From an uncultured Chloroflexia bacterium (GTDB lineage Bacteria; Chloroflexota; Limnocylindria; Limnocylindrales; CSP1-4), in NCBI GenBank assembly GCA_963743855.1, contig CAVURK010000006.1, positions 106,382-170,381 of the forward strand: DNA of 64,000 nucleotides. The letters run 5' to 3'. Within the stretch, counting starts at the first letter, position 1, and every line of letters starts with the position of its first letter. Under the pieces are notes generated by a model that saw nothing but the letters and a program-made list of their open reading frames with translations, was not told the origin of the DNA and searched no databases. The position numbers and the translations under genes were made by a program. Positions 41,042 through 52,921 of this stretch are shown in pieces.

Positions 41042-41872
41042 ATGAGCAGCCCGCAGACGCGCATCGAGGCGTATCGGGCCGCCCGCGAACGGGTTCTCGG
41101 CCGGATCGCGGACGCCTGCGCTCGCGCCGGCCGGGCACCCGACGATGTCACCCTCGTGGCGGTCTCGAAGACCGTCGCGGCCGAAGCCCTGCGGGACGCG
41201 GTGGCGGCCGGCCTCGATCTCCTGGGCGAGAATCGGGTCCAGGAAGGCGTCGCCAAGGCCTCCGAGGTGCCCGGCGCGCGCTGGCAGCTGATCGGTCCAC
41301 TCCAGTCGAACAAGGCGCGACGGGCGCTGGACGTCTTCGAATCGATCCAGACCGTGGACTCCGTCGACCTCGCTCGGCGGCTCGACCGGCTCGTGCCCGA
41401 GGTGCAACCAGGTCGGCCCTATCCGGTCCTGCTCCAGGTCAACGTCGATCTCGATCCGGCGAAGGCCGGCTTCGCGGCGGACGAGCTCGAGGCGGCCCTC
41501 GACGAGATCCTTGCGCTCTCGCACCTGGCGGTCGGCGGTCTGATGACCGTCGGGCGGCTGACGAGCGAGCCGGCCGAGGCGCGATCCACGTTCCGCGGTC
41601 TGCGCGAGCTCTCGGAGCAGTTCCGCGGACGGTGGCCAGGGCTCGGACCGGCCCTCTCGATGGGGATGACCGACGACTTCGAGCTGGCGGTCGAAGAGGG
41701 CGCCACGATCGTCCGGGTCGGGCGCGCGCTGTTCGGTGAACGCGCGCCATCACGAACCTGGATCGCCGGCCGCCTGATCGGCCGTCGGCGGGTCTTCATG
41801 CGCTCGGCTGGTAGACTCGGGTCGATGCCGTTCGCCCATGACGCCCCCATGGCGCGCCTTCCGAGGTCTTGA
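41042..41872 (+). CDS. yggS: YggS-family PLP homeostasis protein (alanine-racemase-N-fold); C-terminus possibly extended by an indel
   Basis: ...VTLVAVSKTVAAEALRDAVAAGLDLLGENRVQE...WQLIGPLQSNKAR...LLQVNVD...KAGF...LAVGGLMTVG...MGMTDDFELAVEEGATIVRVGRALFG. Confidence 0.8.
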   Translation: MSSPQTRIEAYRAARERVLGRIADACARAGRAPDDVTLVAVSKTVAAEALRDAVAAGLDLLGENRVQEGVAKASEVPGARWQLIGPLQSNKARRALDVFESIQTVDSVDLARRLDRLVPEVQPGRPYPVLLQVNVDLDPAKAGFAADELEAALDEILALSHLAVGGLMTVGRLTSEPAEARSTFRGLRELSEQFRGRWPGLGPALSMGMTDDFELAVEEGATIVRVGRALFGERAPSRTWIAGRLIGRRRVFMRSAGRLGSMPFAHDAPMARLPRS

Positions 41873-42150
41873 GCTTCCCCACCGCCCGCTTCGCCGTCCG
41901 CCTGACGCCGCGGTCCGCGGTCGAGCGCGTCGAGGAGGTGGTCGACGGCGTCCTCAAGGTCCGGGTGATGGCACCGGCGGTGGAAGGCGCCGCCAACGCC
42001 AGCCTGATCCGGTTGCTGGCCGACGAGCTGGGGGTCGCACGGCGGGACGTGCGCATCGTCGCCGGCGGGTCGAGTCGCCAGAAGCTGGTCGTCGTCGACG
42101 GGCTCGATCCCGAGGTGATCGTTGCCCACTGGCCGGGCCTGAAGGTATGA
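41869..42150 (+). CDS. DUF167 (YggU-like) protein
   Basis: ...VRLTPRSAVERVEEVVDGVLKVRVMAPAVEGAANASLIRLLADELGVARRDVRIVAGGSSRQKLVVVDGLD is the DUF167 signature; TTG start. Confidence 0.65.
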   Translation: MSFPTARFAVRLTPRSAVERVEEVVDGVLKVRVMAPAVEGAANASLIRLLADELGVARRDVRIVAGGSSRQKLVVVDGLDPEVIVAHWPGLKV

Positions 42151-42230
42151 TCCGCGGGCGGATGGCTCGCACGCGGCGTCGCCTCCGCCTTCCGAACGTC
42201 ATGAGCCGGTCCGACGGCTCGACGGTTCCT

Positions 42231-42307
<77 letters not shown>

Positions 42308-42325
42308 ATCGTGACCCCGAGCAGT

Positions 42326-42352
42326 GCAGGGCCTTTGGGCCCTGTTTCTGTC
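42326..42352 (+). terminator. Rho-independent terminator after tRNA-Val: CAGGGCC-TTTG-GGCCCTG followed by TTTCTGTCT
   Basis: 7-bp GC-rich stem with a 4-nt loop and a T-rich tail, read from the sequence. Confidence 0.6.
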
Positions 42353-42539
42353 TCCGGACCATCGATCGCCGGGGGCAGGGGAGGGCGCTGAGGTCGCCGC
42401 CTCACCTGCGTGGATGAAGACGAAACACCATCACGAGACGACGCGACATGCCGCATGCTGCGGCTCCCATCGATCGGACGATCTCGGAGCTGCGCCCCAT
42501 GAGCTGCCCCATCCACCGCCAGTCGTAGTGGCCTGACAG

Positions 42540-43316
42540 ATGCCCACACGAGCCGCCGCTGCGGCCCGCCGCAGCTGGATCACTTCCCGCCTCGAGGAGC
42601 GCGACGACTACGGCGTCGTCCTGCTCCTCATCCTGGCCACGATCGTCATGGTCTCGGTCGGGTTCGGGTCGGTCGGCGAGTTCCTCAGCGTCTGCCTCAG
42701 CGGTTTCACCCTGCTCTTCGTCCTCCACACCTCGGACGCTCGACGACGGACGTTCCGGATCTCGGCTGTGGTCGTCGCGGTCGCTGTGGCCGCAGCTGCC
42801 GTGGGTTTCCTGAGCGGCGAAGAGGAGGGTTCGGTGGCGGCCGGCCTGATCGGGCTGCTGCTCGCGTTCGCCGCGCCCGTGATCATCCTGTTGCGGATCT
42901 TCCATTCCCCGAGGATCACCGTCCGCCTGGTCCTGGGCGCGCTCGCCATCTACCTCCTGCTTGGCCTGACCTACGCGTATCTCTACCCGGTCATCGGCGT
43001 CCTGACCGGCGAACCGTTCTTCGTTCAGACGGAGAAGGCAGGATCGATCGACTTCGTCTATTTCAGCTACGTGACCCTGACGACCGTCGGGTACGGCGAT
43101 TTCACCGCGTCCACGAGTGCGGGGCGGATCTTCGCGGTCTCCGAGGCCCTGACTGGGCAGCTCTACCTTGTGTCGGCGGTTGCCCTGCTCGTCGGCAACA
43201 TCGGTCAGACGATCTCGCGCGGCGATACGCCCGGTGACATCTCCATCGCGCGATCCGATGTGACCGAGACGACGAGCGATGCGGTCGATCCAGTCGATCC
43301 TGCGGATGCGAGCTGA
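42540..43316 (+). CDS. Potassium channel family protein (Ion_trans_2 pore with TVGYGD selectivity filter)
   Basis: ...FSYVTLTTVGYGDFTAS... is the canonical K+ selectivity filter; several TM helices. Confidence 0.75.
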   Translation: MPTRAAAAARRSWITSRLEERDDYGVVLLLILATIVMVSVGFGSVGEFLSVCLSGFTLLFVLHTSDARRRTFRISAVVVAVAVAAAAVGFLSGEEEGSVAAGLIGLLLAFAAPVIILLRIFHSPRITVRLVLGALAIYLLLGLTYAYLYPVIGVLTGEPFFVQTEKAGSIDFVYFSYVTLTTVGYGDFTASTSAGRIFAVSEALTGQLYLVSAVALLVGNIGQTISRGDTPGDISIARSDVTETTSDAVDPVDPADAS

Positions 43317-43480
43317 GCCCGCTCGACCCGGGACGGAAAACGTCCGATTCCTACGTCACGTCCGTGTGTGGCTGCGCGTCAGAAGAGGCAACACAGCCTG
43401 CTCCTCCGCGTAGAAGCCCTCGGTTCCTCCCCCGAGGGCTTCTTCGTGTCCGTGACACGCCCGGATCGGCGACCGCCGAC

Positions 43481-46232
<2,752 letters not shown>

Positions 46233-46409
46233 GACGCGCCTCCTTCATCGACCGCGCGTGTGCGCGGGGTCAGTCGGCGCCGGGCGGGTGCGCCCGCCCC
46301 GGGTCGAGGTTGCTTCGAGTATAGCGCGTGGCCCCCGACCGCCCCGGGACGACCGCTACACTCGACGCGTGCACGTCCGACGATCCAGGTCAGCCCGCGG
46401 ACGACCCCG

Positions 46410-47489
46410 ATGAAGGCGTGGGGCGACCTGCCCGGCGACGATCCCGAACGCGAAAAGGCGACCGATCGCGCAGAGACGGCAGCCGCCATCGAGGCGGCCG
46501 GCATCGACCTCCATCCGCCGGCGCCAGGCTCGCATCGTGACGACGACCCGGCCCACCCCAGCGACCACGCCCACCCGCATCTCCACGCCGGTCCCGGCCA
46601 GCCGCCGATCACCGGGATCGTCGGCGCCGGCGCGGTCGGGACCGCGCTCGCTGTCGCCCTCACTCGGGGCGGCTGGCCGATCCACGCGGTCGCCAGCCGG
46701 GATGCCGGGCGGCGCGAGCGGTTCCGCTCGCTCGTCGACGTCACCCGCGTCTTCGCCGACCCGGAACCGATCCTCGACGAAGTCGAGCTGATCGTGCTGG
46801 CCGTCCCCGACGACGTCATCGGGCCGTTGGCCGCCTCGCTGCGGATGTACAGCGGCCAGGCGATGATCCATACAAGCGGGGCGCTCGGGGCCGAGGTCCT
46901 CACCCCGGCGATGGCCGCCGGGACGCAGATCGGCTCGTTCCATCCATTGGTCGCCTTCGCGGACACGGAGCGGGCGGTCGCCGCGCTCCACGGGGCGACC
47001 GTGGCGATCGAGGGCGACGACCAGCTGGCAGCGCTGCTGGCCGACATGGCCGACGCCGTCGGCGCGACGGCCGTCCGTCTCGCACCGGGGTCGAAGGCGG
47101 CCTACCACGCGGCCGCGGTCCTGGCCGCGGGCGGCTTCGTGGCGCTCCTCGACGCCATCGCCGAGCTTGGTCGCGTGGCCGGGCTCGACGAGGCCGGCGC
47201 GTTGGCCATCTACGGGCCTCTCATCGAAGGAACGCTCGGCAACGCGCGAGCCCTCGGGATCCGCGACGCGCTGACCGGTCCGATGACCCGCGGCGACGTC
47301 GGGACGCTCGAGGCCCACCTCGCGACACTCCGGGAGCACGCGCCGGGCGTCCTCGACCTGTACGTCGCGGCTGCGCACCGCGAGATCGACCTCGCCGAGC
47401 AACGTGGCGCCCTGGCACCGGACGTCGCGGAGAAGATGCGCGTCGTGCTCGCATCGGCCTTGCAAGCCCCCGCCGAACCGGTACCATAG
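46410..47489 (+). CDS. Rossmann-fold oxidoreductase with DUF2520-like C-terminus; about 60-aa His/Pro/Asp-rich N-terminal extension
   Basis: ...ITGIVGAGAVGTALAVALTRGGWPIHAVASRD... (GxGxxG), ...LIVLAVPDDVIGPL..., preceded by HPPAPGSHRDDDPAHPSDHAHPHLHAGPG. Confidence 0.6.
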   Translation: MKAWGDLPGDDPEREKATDRAETAAAIEAAGIDLHPPAPGSHRDDDPAHPSDHAHPHLHAGPGQPPITGIVGAGAVGTALAVALTRGGWPIHAVASRDAGRRERFRSLVDVTRVFADPEPILDEVELIVLAVPDDVIGPLAASLRMYSGQAMIHTSGALGAEVLTPAMAAGTQIGSFHPLVAFADTERAVAALHGATVAIEGDDQLAALLADMADAVGATAVRLAPGSKAAYHAAAVLAAGGFVALLDAIAELGRVAGLDEAGALAIYGPLIEGTLGNARALGIRDALTGPMTRGDVGTLEAHLATLREHAPGVLDLYVAAAHREIDLAEQRGALAPDVAEKMRVVLASALQAPAEPVP

Positions 47490-47749
47490 CCTCCCATGGA
47501 TCACAGCATCGCGGCCAAGTACGCGGCCCGACCGGCGGCCCATTTCGTTCGCCCCTCGACCCGCGTCAGGGAGCGTCGGCTCGGCCTGCGCCCGTCGGGC
47601 TCGTTCCATGCCCAGGGTCTTCGCCCGACGGTCCTGCACGGCCCGGAGGTCGCGCCCCTCGCCCGCGTGCGGGCGAGCTGGCGAGCGATCCAGCCGGCGG
47701 TGGCGCGACGGCGGCCGAACGGTCGCCCGGGCCCGGCCGTGATCATGCA

Positions 47750-48292
47750 GTGGGCCAGGTCCGGGCGCCCCGGCACGGCCCGCCCGGGCGCCTCGTCGGC
47801 GCCGTGGCCAGGCTGAGGACGTCGACCGCCACCTCCGCCGGCGGGATCGTCGTTCGGTACGAATTGGACCAGCCGTGGCTGGTCGTCGGCAGCCGGCGCC
47901 GTGAGCGAGACGGCCGGACGTGGACCCTCCCCAAGGGAACGCCCAACGCCGGCGAGACGCGTGAGCAGACCGCACTCCGCGAGGTCCGCGAGGAGACGGG
48001 GCTCGAGGTCCGGATCACCGGTCCGCTCGATTCGATCGAGTACTGGTTCGTCCAGTCCGGGACGCGGATCCACAAGACGGTCCACTACTTCCTGATGGAG
48101 CCGGTCGGCGGCGACCTGGCCGCCCACGACCACGAGTTCGACGAGGTGCGCTGGATCCCGTTCGCGACCGCCCCGTCGATGCTCACCTTCGAGACCGAGC
48201 GGGCGCTCGTCGCCCGGGCGTCCGAGATCATCGCCGGCGCGGGTGCCGGGGACCGCACGGCGTCCGGTGCGTCCGCCGAGAGCGCTTCGTGA
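47750..48292 (+). CDS. NUDIX hydrolase (first gene of the gcv operon); start uncertain
   Basis: ...LPKGTPNAGETREQTALREVREETGLEV matches the Nudix box GX5EX7REUXEEXGU; GTG start; the frame stays open back to 47480, so the protein could be longer (a frame-0 ORF 47496..47816 overlaps). Confidence 0.7.
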   Translation: MGQVRAPRHGPPGRLVGAVARLRTSTATSAGGIVVRYELDQPWLVVGSRRRERDGRTWTLPKGTPNAGETREQTALREVREETGLEVRITGPLDSIEYWFVQSGTRIHKTVHYFLMEPVGGDLAAHDHEFDEVRWIPFATAPSMLTFETERALVARASEIIAGAGAGDRTASGASAESAS

Positions 48293-49404
48293 CCGACGCC
48301 GTGGACCCGGCCATCCATCTCACCCCGCTCGCGGACGCGCACCGAGCGCTCGGCGCGCGGCTGATCGAGTTCAGCGGCTGGCTGATGCCGGTCCAGTACG
48401 GCTCGATCCTCGAGGAGCACCGGACCGTCCGCGAGCGCGTCGGCCTGTTCGACCTGTCGCACATGGGCGAGCTCTATGTCGAAGGGCCGGAGGCCGGCCA
48501 CGCCCTGGCCGCGGCGCTCGTCTCCGACCCCCCGAGCCTCGCCGTCGGGCGCGCCCAGTACTCGATGATCTGCGTCCCGGGCGGCGGGATCATCGACGAC
48601 CTGATCGTCTACCGGCTCGGCGAGACGCGCTTCCTGGTGGTCGCCAACGCCGGGAACGCGCCGACCGTCTCGGACGCGCTGGCGGAGCGGCTCACCGGGT
48701 TCGCGGCGGTGCTCGACGATCGGTCGCTGGCCATGGGCCTGCTGGCAGTCCAGGGACCGCGCGCCGTGGAGGTCCTTGCTCCACTGACGGACGTGGACCT
48801 TGCGGGGCTGCGCTACTACGCCTCGGCCGAGGGGAAGGTCGCCGGGATCGATGCGCTGGTCGCGCGGACCGGCTACACCGGCGAGGACGGGTTCGAGGTG
48901 TTCGTGGACACGACGCGGACCCCCGAGCTGTGGGAGGTCCTGCTCGAGGCGGTCCTCGCGCACGACGGGCTGCCGATCGGCCTCGGGGCTCGCGACACGC
49001 TCCGGCTCGAGGCCGGGATGCCGCTCTACGGCAACGAGCTCGACCTCGACACCGATCCCTACGAGGCCGGTCTCGGGCGCGTCGTCAAGCTGACCAAGCC
49101 CGGCGATTTCGTCGGCCGCGCCGCGCTCGAGAAGGTCGCCCGCGAGGGGCCGAAACGAAAGCTCGTCGGGCTGATCGTCGAGGGCCGCGGGATCGCCCGG
49201 CACGGCTACCCGGTCTGGTCGGGTGACCGACGAACCGGGATCGTGACCAGCGGGACGCAGTCGCCGACCCTCGGCGTCCCGATCGCGATGGCGTACGTCG
49301 CGCCGAACGACGCAGAGCCGGGTACCGTTGTCGATGTCGAGATCCGCGATGCCCGCGTTCCGGCGCGTGTCGTCGCCCTGCCGTTCTACAGGAGGGACGC
49401 CTGA
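48289..49404 (+). CDS. gcvT: Glycine cleavage system aminomethyltransferase T (intact)
   Basis: ...SGWLMPVQYGSILEEHRTVRERVGLFDLSHMGELYVEG...TGYTGEDGFEV...; GTG overlaps the NUDIX stop. Confidence 0.9.
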   Translation: MTDAVDPAIHLTPLADAHRALGARLIEFSGWLMPVQYGSILEEHRTVRERVGLFDLSHMGELYVEGPEAGHALAAALVSDPPSLAVGRAQYSMICVPGGGIIDDLIVYRLGETRFLVVANAGNAPTVSDALAERLTGFAAVLDDRSLAMGLLAVQGPRAVEVLAPLTDVDLAGLRYYASAEGKVAGIDALVARTGYTGEDGFEVFVDTTRTPELWEVLLEAVLAHDGLPIGLGARDTLRLEAGMPLYGNELDLDTDPYEAGLGRVVKLTKPGDFVGRAALEKVAREGPKRKLVGLIVEGRGIARHGYPVWSGDRRTGIVTSGTQSPTLGVPIAMAYVAPNDAEPGTVVDVEIRDARVPARVVALPFYRRDA

Positions 49405-49408
49405 TCCC

Positions 49409-49789
49409 ATGGTGCCGACCGACCTCCGCTATACCAAGGACCACGAATGGGTCCGCATCGATGGCGACGACGCGACCATCGGCATCACCGCCTACGCGGC
49501 GGAGCAGCTCGGTGACATCGTCTTCGTGGAGCTGCCCGAGACCGGGCGGGCCCTCGAACAGTTCGCGGCGTTCGGGGTCGTCGAATTGGTCAAGGCGGTC
49601 AGCGACCTCTTCGCCCCGCTCAGTGGCGAGGTGACCGAGACGAACGCCGATCTAGGCCCCAAACCAGAGCTCGTCAACAGCGACCCGTACAGCGGTGGCT
49701 GGATGATCCGGGTCCGCCTGGCCGACGCGGCCCAGGTCGACGCCCTGCTCGACCCCGACGCATACGACGCCCTGATCGCGGCCGGCTGA
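49409..49789 (+). CDS. gcvH: Glycine cleavage system H protein (lipoyl carrier)
   Basis: MVPTDLRYTKDHEWVRIDGDDATIGITAYAAEQLGDIVFVELPETG...VVELVKAVSDLFAPLSGEV (lipoyl-Lys motif); AGGAGGGA RBS. Confidence 0.9.
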   Translation: MVPTDLRYTKDHEWVRIDGDDATIGITAYAAEQLGDIVFVELPETGRALEQFAAFGVVELVKAVSDLFAPLSGEVTETNADLGPKPELVNSDPYSGGWMIRVRLADAAQVDALLDPDAYDALIAAG

Positions 49790-49796
49790 GCCGTCG

Positions 49797-51182
49797 ATGC
49801 CGTACGGTCCACACACGGCCGACGACCGGGCGAGGATGCTCGGGGCGCTCGGCCTGACATCGGTCGACCAGCTCTTCGAGGACATCCCGGTCGCGCTGCG
49901 AGCCTCGCACCTCGACCTGCCCGATCCCGAGCCCGAGCTCGAGCTCGCCGCGCGGCTGTCCGGTCTGGCCGCCCGCAACCGGACCGACCTGGCCTCGTTC
50001 CTCGGCGCCGGCGTCTATCGCCACTGGAGCCCGCCCGCGGTCGACCAGCTTCTCCTTCGTGGTGAGTGGTACACGGCCTACACGCCGTACCAGCCCGAGA
50101 TCAGCCAGGGGACGCTGCAGAGCATCTACGAGTACGAGTCGCTGCTTGCCGAGCTGGTCGACCTCGACGTCGTCTCGGCATCGCACTACGACGGCGCCGC
50201 CGCCACCGCCGAGGCCGCGCTGATGACCTGTCGGGCGACCCGGCGCGAGCGCGTCCTCATCTCGCGTGGCGTCCACCCGCACTACCGGGAGACGACCCGG
50301 ACGTACTTCAAGGGCGGACTCGAGCTCGAGGAGATCCCCCTCGTCACCGAGGGCGAGGCCGCCGGCACGACCGACCTGGCGGCGCTCGAGCGGATGCTCG
50401 CCGAGCCTGGACGCCCGGTCGCCGGGGTCATCGCCGCCCAGCCCGACTTCCTCGGGCTGCTCGAGCCGATGCCCGAGATCGGCCGGCTCGCCCACGCCGC
50501 CGGCGCCCTGTTCGTCGCCGTCGTGGAGCCGGTCAGCCTGGCCGTCCTCGCGCCACCCGGAGCCTACGGTGCCGACATCGCGGCCGGCGAAGGCCAGCCG
50601 CTCGGCATCGCGCCGCAGTACGGCGGCCCGTATCTTGGGATCCTGGCCTCGACCGACGCGCTCGTCCGCCAGATCCCGGGTCGCCTCGTCGGGATGACGA
50701 CGGACCTCGACGGTCGACGCGCCTTCGTGATGACGATGCGTGCGCGTGAGCAGGACATCCGCCGCGACAAGGCGGCCAGCAACATCTGCACCAACCAGGC
50801 GCTCCTCGCGCTGGCGGCGTCGATCTACCTCGCCACGATCGGGCCGCACGGGCTGCGCGACGTCGCGGCGCTCGGCGCAAGCAAGGCTGCCGAGCTCGAA
50901 GCGGCGCTGGCCGCGGTCGGTGCCGAACGGCTCCATCCGGGCGCCTATCTCAATGAGTTCGTCGTGCGCGTGCCCGACGCGCGGACCGTCCATCGCCGCC
51001 TGCTCGACGACGGTGTCCTGGCCGGCCTGGTCCTGGCCGATGCGGAGCCCGACGACCCGTCGCTTGCCGATGGGCTCCTGGTGTGCGCCACCGAGGTCAC
51101 CACCTCGGCCGAGATCGTCCGTTTCGCGGGCGCCATGTCCGCCGTGTTGGGCCACACCGACATCCCGGTCGCGGCTCGATGA
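49797..51182 (+). CDS. gcvPA: Glycine dehydrogenase (decarboxylating) subunit 1 (intact)
   Basis: MPYGPHTADDRARMLGALGLTSVDQLFEDIP..., 461 aa. Confidence 0.9.
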   Translation: MPYGPHTADDRARMLGALGLTSVDQLFEDIPVALRASHLDLPDPEPELELAARLSGLAARNRTDLASFLGAGVYRHWSPPAVDQLLLRGEWYTAYTPYQPEISQGTLQSIYEYESLLAELVDLDVVSASHYDGAAATAEAALMTCRATRRERVLISRGVHPHYRETTRTYFKGGLELEEIPLVTEGEAAGTTDLAALERMLAEPGRPVAGVIAAQPDFLGLLEPMPEIGRLAHAAGALFVAVVEPVSLAVLAPPGAYGADIAAGEGQPLGIAPQYGGPYLGILASTDALVRQIPGRLVGMTTDLDGRRAFVMTMRAREQDIRRDKAASNICTNQALLALAASIYLATIGPHGLRDVAALGASKAAELEAALAAVGAERLHPGAYLNEFVVRVPDARTVHRRLLDDGVLAGLVLADAEPDDPSLADGLLVCATEVTTSAEIVRFAGAMSAVLGHTDIPVAAR

Positions 51183-52678
51183 GCGTCACCGGCGAGCGGC
51201 TCCAGCCGACCATCTTCGAGCGCGGCCGCCCGGGTCGCGGCGGCGGCAAGATCCCGCACCCGCCGAAGGACGCGCTCGACCGGATCCCGGTGGCGGCCCG
51301 ACGGACGACCGGCCCGGCCCTGCCGGAGATGAACGAGCCGGACGTGGTCCGCCACTACGTCAACCTGTCGCAGCTGAACTACGCGGTGGACACCGGCTTC
51401 TATCCGCTCGGCTCGTGCACCATGAAGTTCAACCCGAAGCTCAACGAATGGGCCGCCCGGCTGCCGGGCTTCGCCAACCTCCACCCGATGGCACCCGACG
51501 AGATCGCCCAGGGCACACTCCAGCTGTTGTGGGAGCTGGAGCACGACCTGGCCGAGATCTCCGGGATGCGGGCAGTCTCGCTCCAGCCCGCCGCCGGCGC
51601 CCAGGGCGAGCTGACCGGGATCCTGATGATCCGGGCCTACCACCGGGCACGCGGCGAGGCCGATCGCGACGAGGTGCTCGTCCCGGATTCGAGCCACGGG
51701 ACGAACCCGGCCACCGCGTCGATGGCAGGCTACCGGACGATCACCGTCCCCTCGGCGGCGGACGGTGGCGTCGACCTCGACGCGTTCCGCGCGGCGCTCG
51801 GTCCGCGGACCGCGGCGGTGATGATCACCAACCCATCGACCCTCGGCCTGTTCGAGGCGCGGATCGGCGAATTGCTCGACGCGGTCCACGCCGCGGGCGC
51901 GCTTGCCTACATGGACGGCGCGAACCTCAACGCCATCCTCGGCCGGTTCAAGCCGGGCGAGGCGGGCTTCGACGTGATGCATTTCAATGTCCACAAGACG
52001 TTCTCGACGCCGCATGGCGGCGGCGGGCCGGGCGCGGGCCCGGTCGGGGTCGGCGAGATCCTGGTCCCGTACCTCCCGTCGCCGCGGGTCCTGCGCAACG
52101 ACGACGGGACGTTCCGGCTCGAACGGGACGGGGAGCGACCGACCTCGATCGGGCGCCTGCGCAGCTTCGTCGGCAATACCGGTGTCCTCGTGCGCGCGTA
52201 CGCGTACATCCGGGCCCACGGCGGGCCGGGCCTGCGCGAGGTCAGCGACGACGCGGTCCTGGCGGCCAACTACCTGAAGCATCGCCTCGCCGGGACGTAC
52301 GACATCCCGTATGACCGCGCCTGCAAGCACGAGTTCGTGGCGTCGGCCGCCACGATCAAGAAGCGGACGGGGGTCCGGACGCTCGACATCGCCAAGCGCC
52401 TGATCGACTACGGCTACCACCCGCCGACGATCTACTTCCCGTTGATCGTGGAGGAGGGGATGCTCATCGAGCCGACCGAGACCGAATCGGTCGAGACGCT
52501 CGATGCCTTCGCGGATGCGCTGATCGCGATCGCCGCCGAGACCGACGCCACGCCGGAGCTCGTGACGAGCGCTCCGCACAGCGCGCCGGTCCGACGGCTT
52601 GACGAGGCGATGGCCGCACGACAGCCGAATCTGCGCTGGCGGGCGATGGCCGGCGACGTGATGCCGTGCCCCGATTGA
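51179..52678 (+). CDS. gcvPB: Glycine dehydrogenase (decarboxylating) subunit 2 (intact, PLP-Lys)
   Basis: ...DVMHFNVHKTFSTPHGGGGPG... is the PLP-binding Lys region; the ATG overlaps the gcvPA stop. Confidence 0.9.
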   Translation: MSVTGERLQPTIFERGRPGRGGGKIPHPPKDALDRIPVAARRTTGPALPEMNEPDVVRHYVNLSQLNYAVDTGFYPLGSCTMKFNPKLNEWAARLPGFANLHPMAPDEIAQGTLQLLWELEHDLAEISGMRAVSLQPAAGAQGELTGILMIRAYHRARGEADRDEVLVPDSSHGTNPATASMAGYRTITVPSAADGGVDLDAFRAALGPRTAAVMITNPSTLGLFEARIGELLDAVHAAGALAYMDGANLNAILGRFKPGEAGFDVMHFNVHKTFSTPHGGGGPGAGPVGVGEILVPYLPSPRVLRNDDGTFRLERDGERPTSIGRLRSFVGNTGVLVRAYAYIRAHGGPGLREVSDDAVLAANYLKHRLAGTYDIPYDRACKHEFVASAATIKKRTGVRTLDIAKRLIDYGYHPPTIYFPLIVEEGMLIEPTETESVETLDAFADALIAIAAETDATPELVTSAPHSAPVRRLDEAMAARQPNLRWRAMAGDVMPCPD

Positions 52679-52720
52679 GCCCTCGTGGAAGAGCCGACCG
52701 AACGTTTGTTAGGTCGCGAG

Positions 52721-52749
52721 TTGACAGTCCACGAAACGCTGTGGATAGT
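52721..52749 (+). promoter_or_regulatory. Strong sigma-70-type promoter TTGACA-17 nt-GATAGT upstream of the ABC transporter SBP gene, with a ~170-nt leader
   Basis: Consensus -35 TTGACA (52721-52726) and -10 GATAGT (52744-52749) with a 17-nt spacer, read from the sequence. Confidence 0.6.
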
Positions 52750-52921
52750 ACCGGCAGCGCACCGACCCGATCCGTGCTGGCGCCACGGCTCGCCCATCGG
52801 CCGAACGAGCGGGAGGCTCGATCCGGACCAAAGCGAGCACATGAGTAGTGACGTTGAGATGTGCGGCGGAACGCGGTAGCGAGAGAGTCATCGGGCAGCA
52901 AACCCGTTCGGAGGAGAACCC

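Noticed and set aside
47496-47816. 107-aa ORF MDHSIAAKY... between the DUF2520 and NUDIX genes
   Set aside because: The Arg/Ala/Pro-rich composition looks spurious. It may instead be the mis-framed N-terminus of the NUDIX protein, whose frame stays open back to 47480, so it is not reported as a separate gene.
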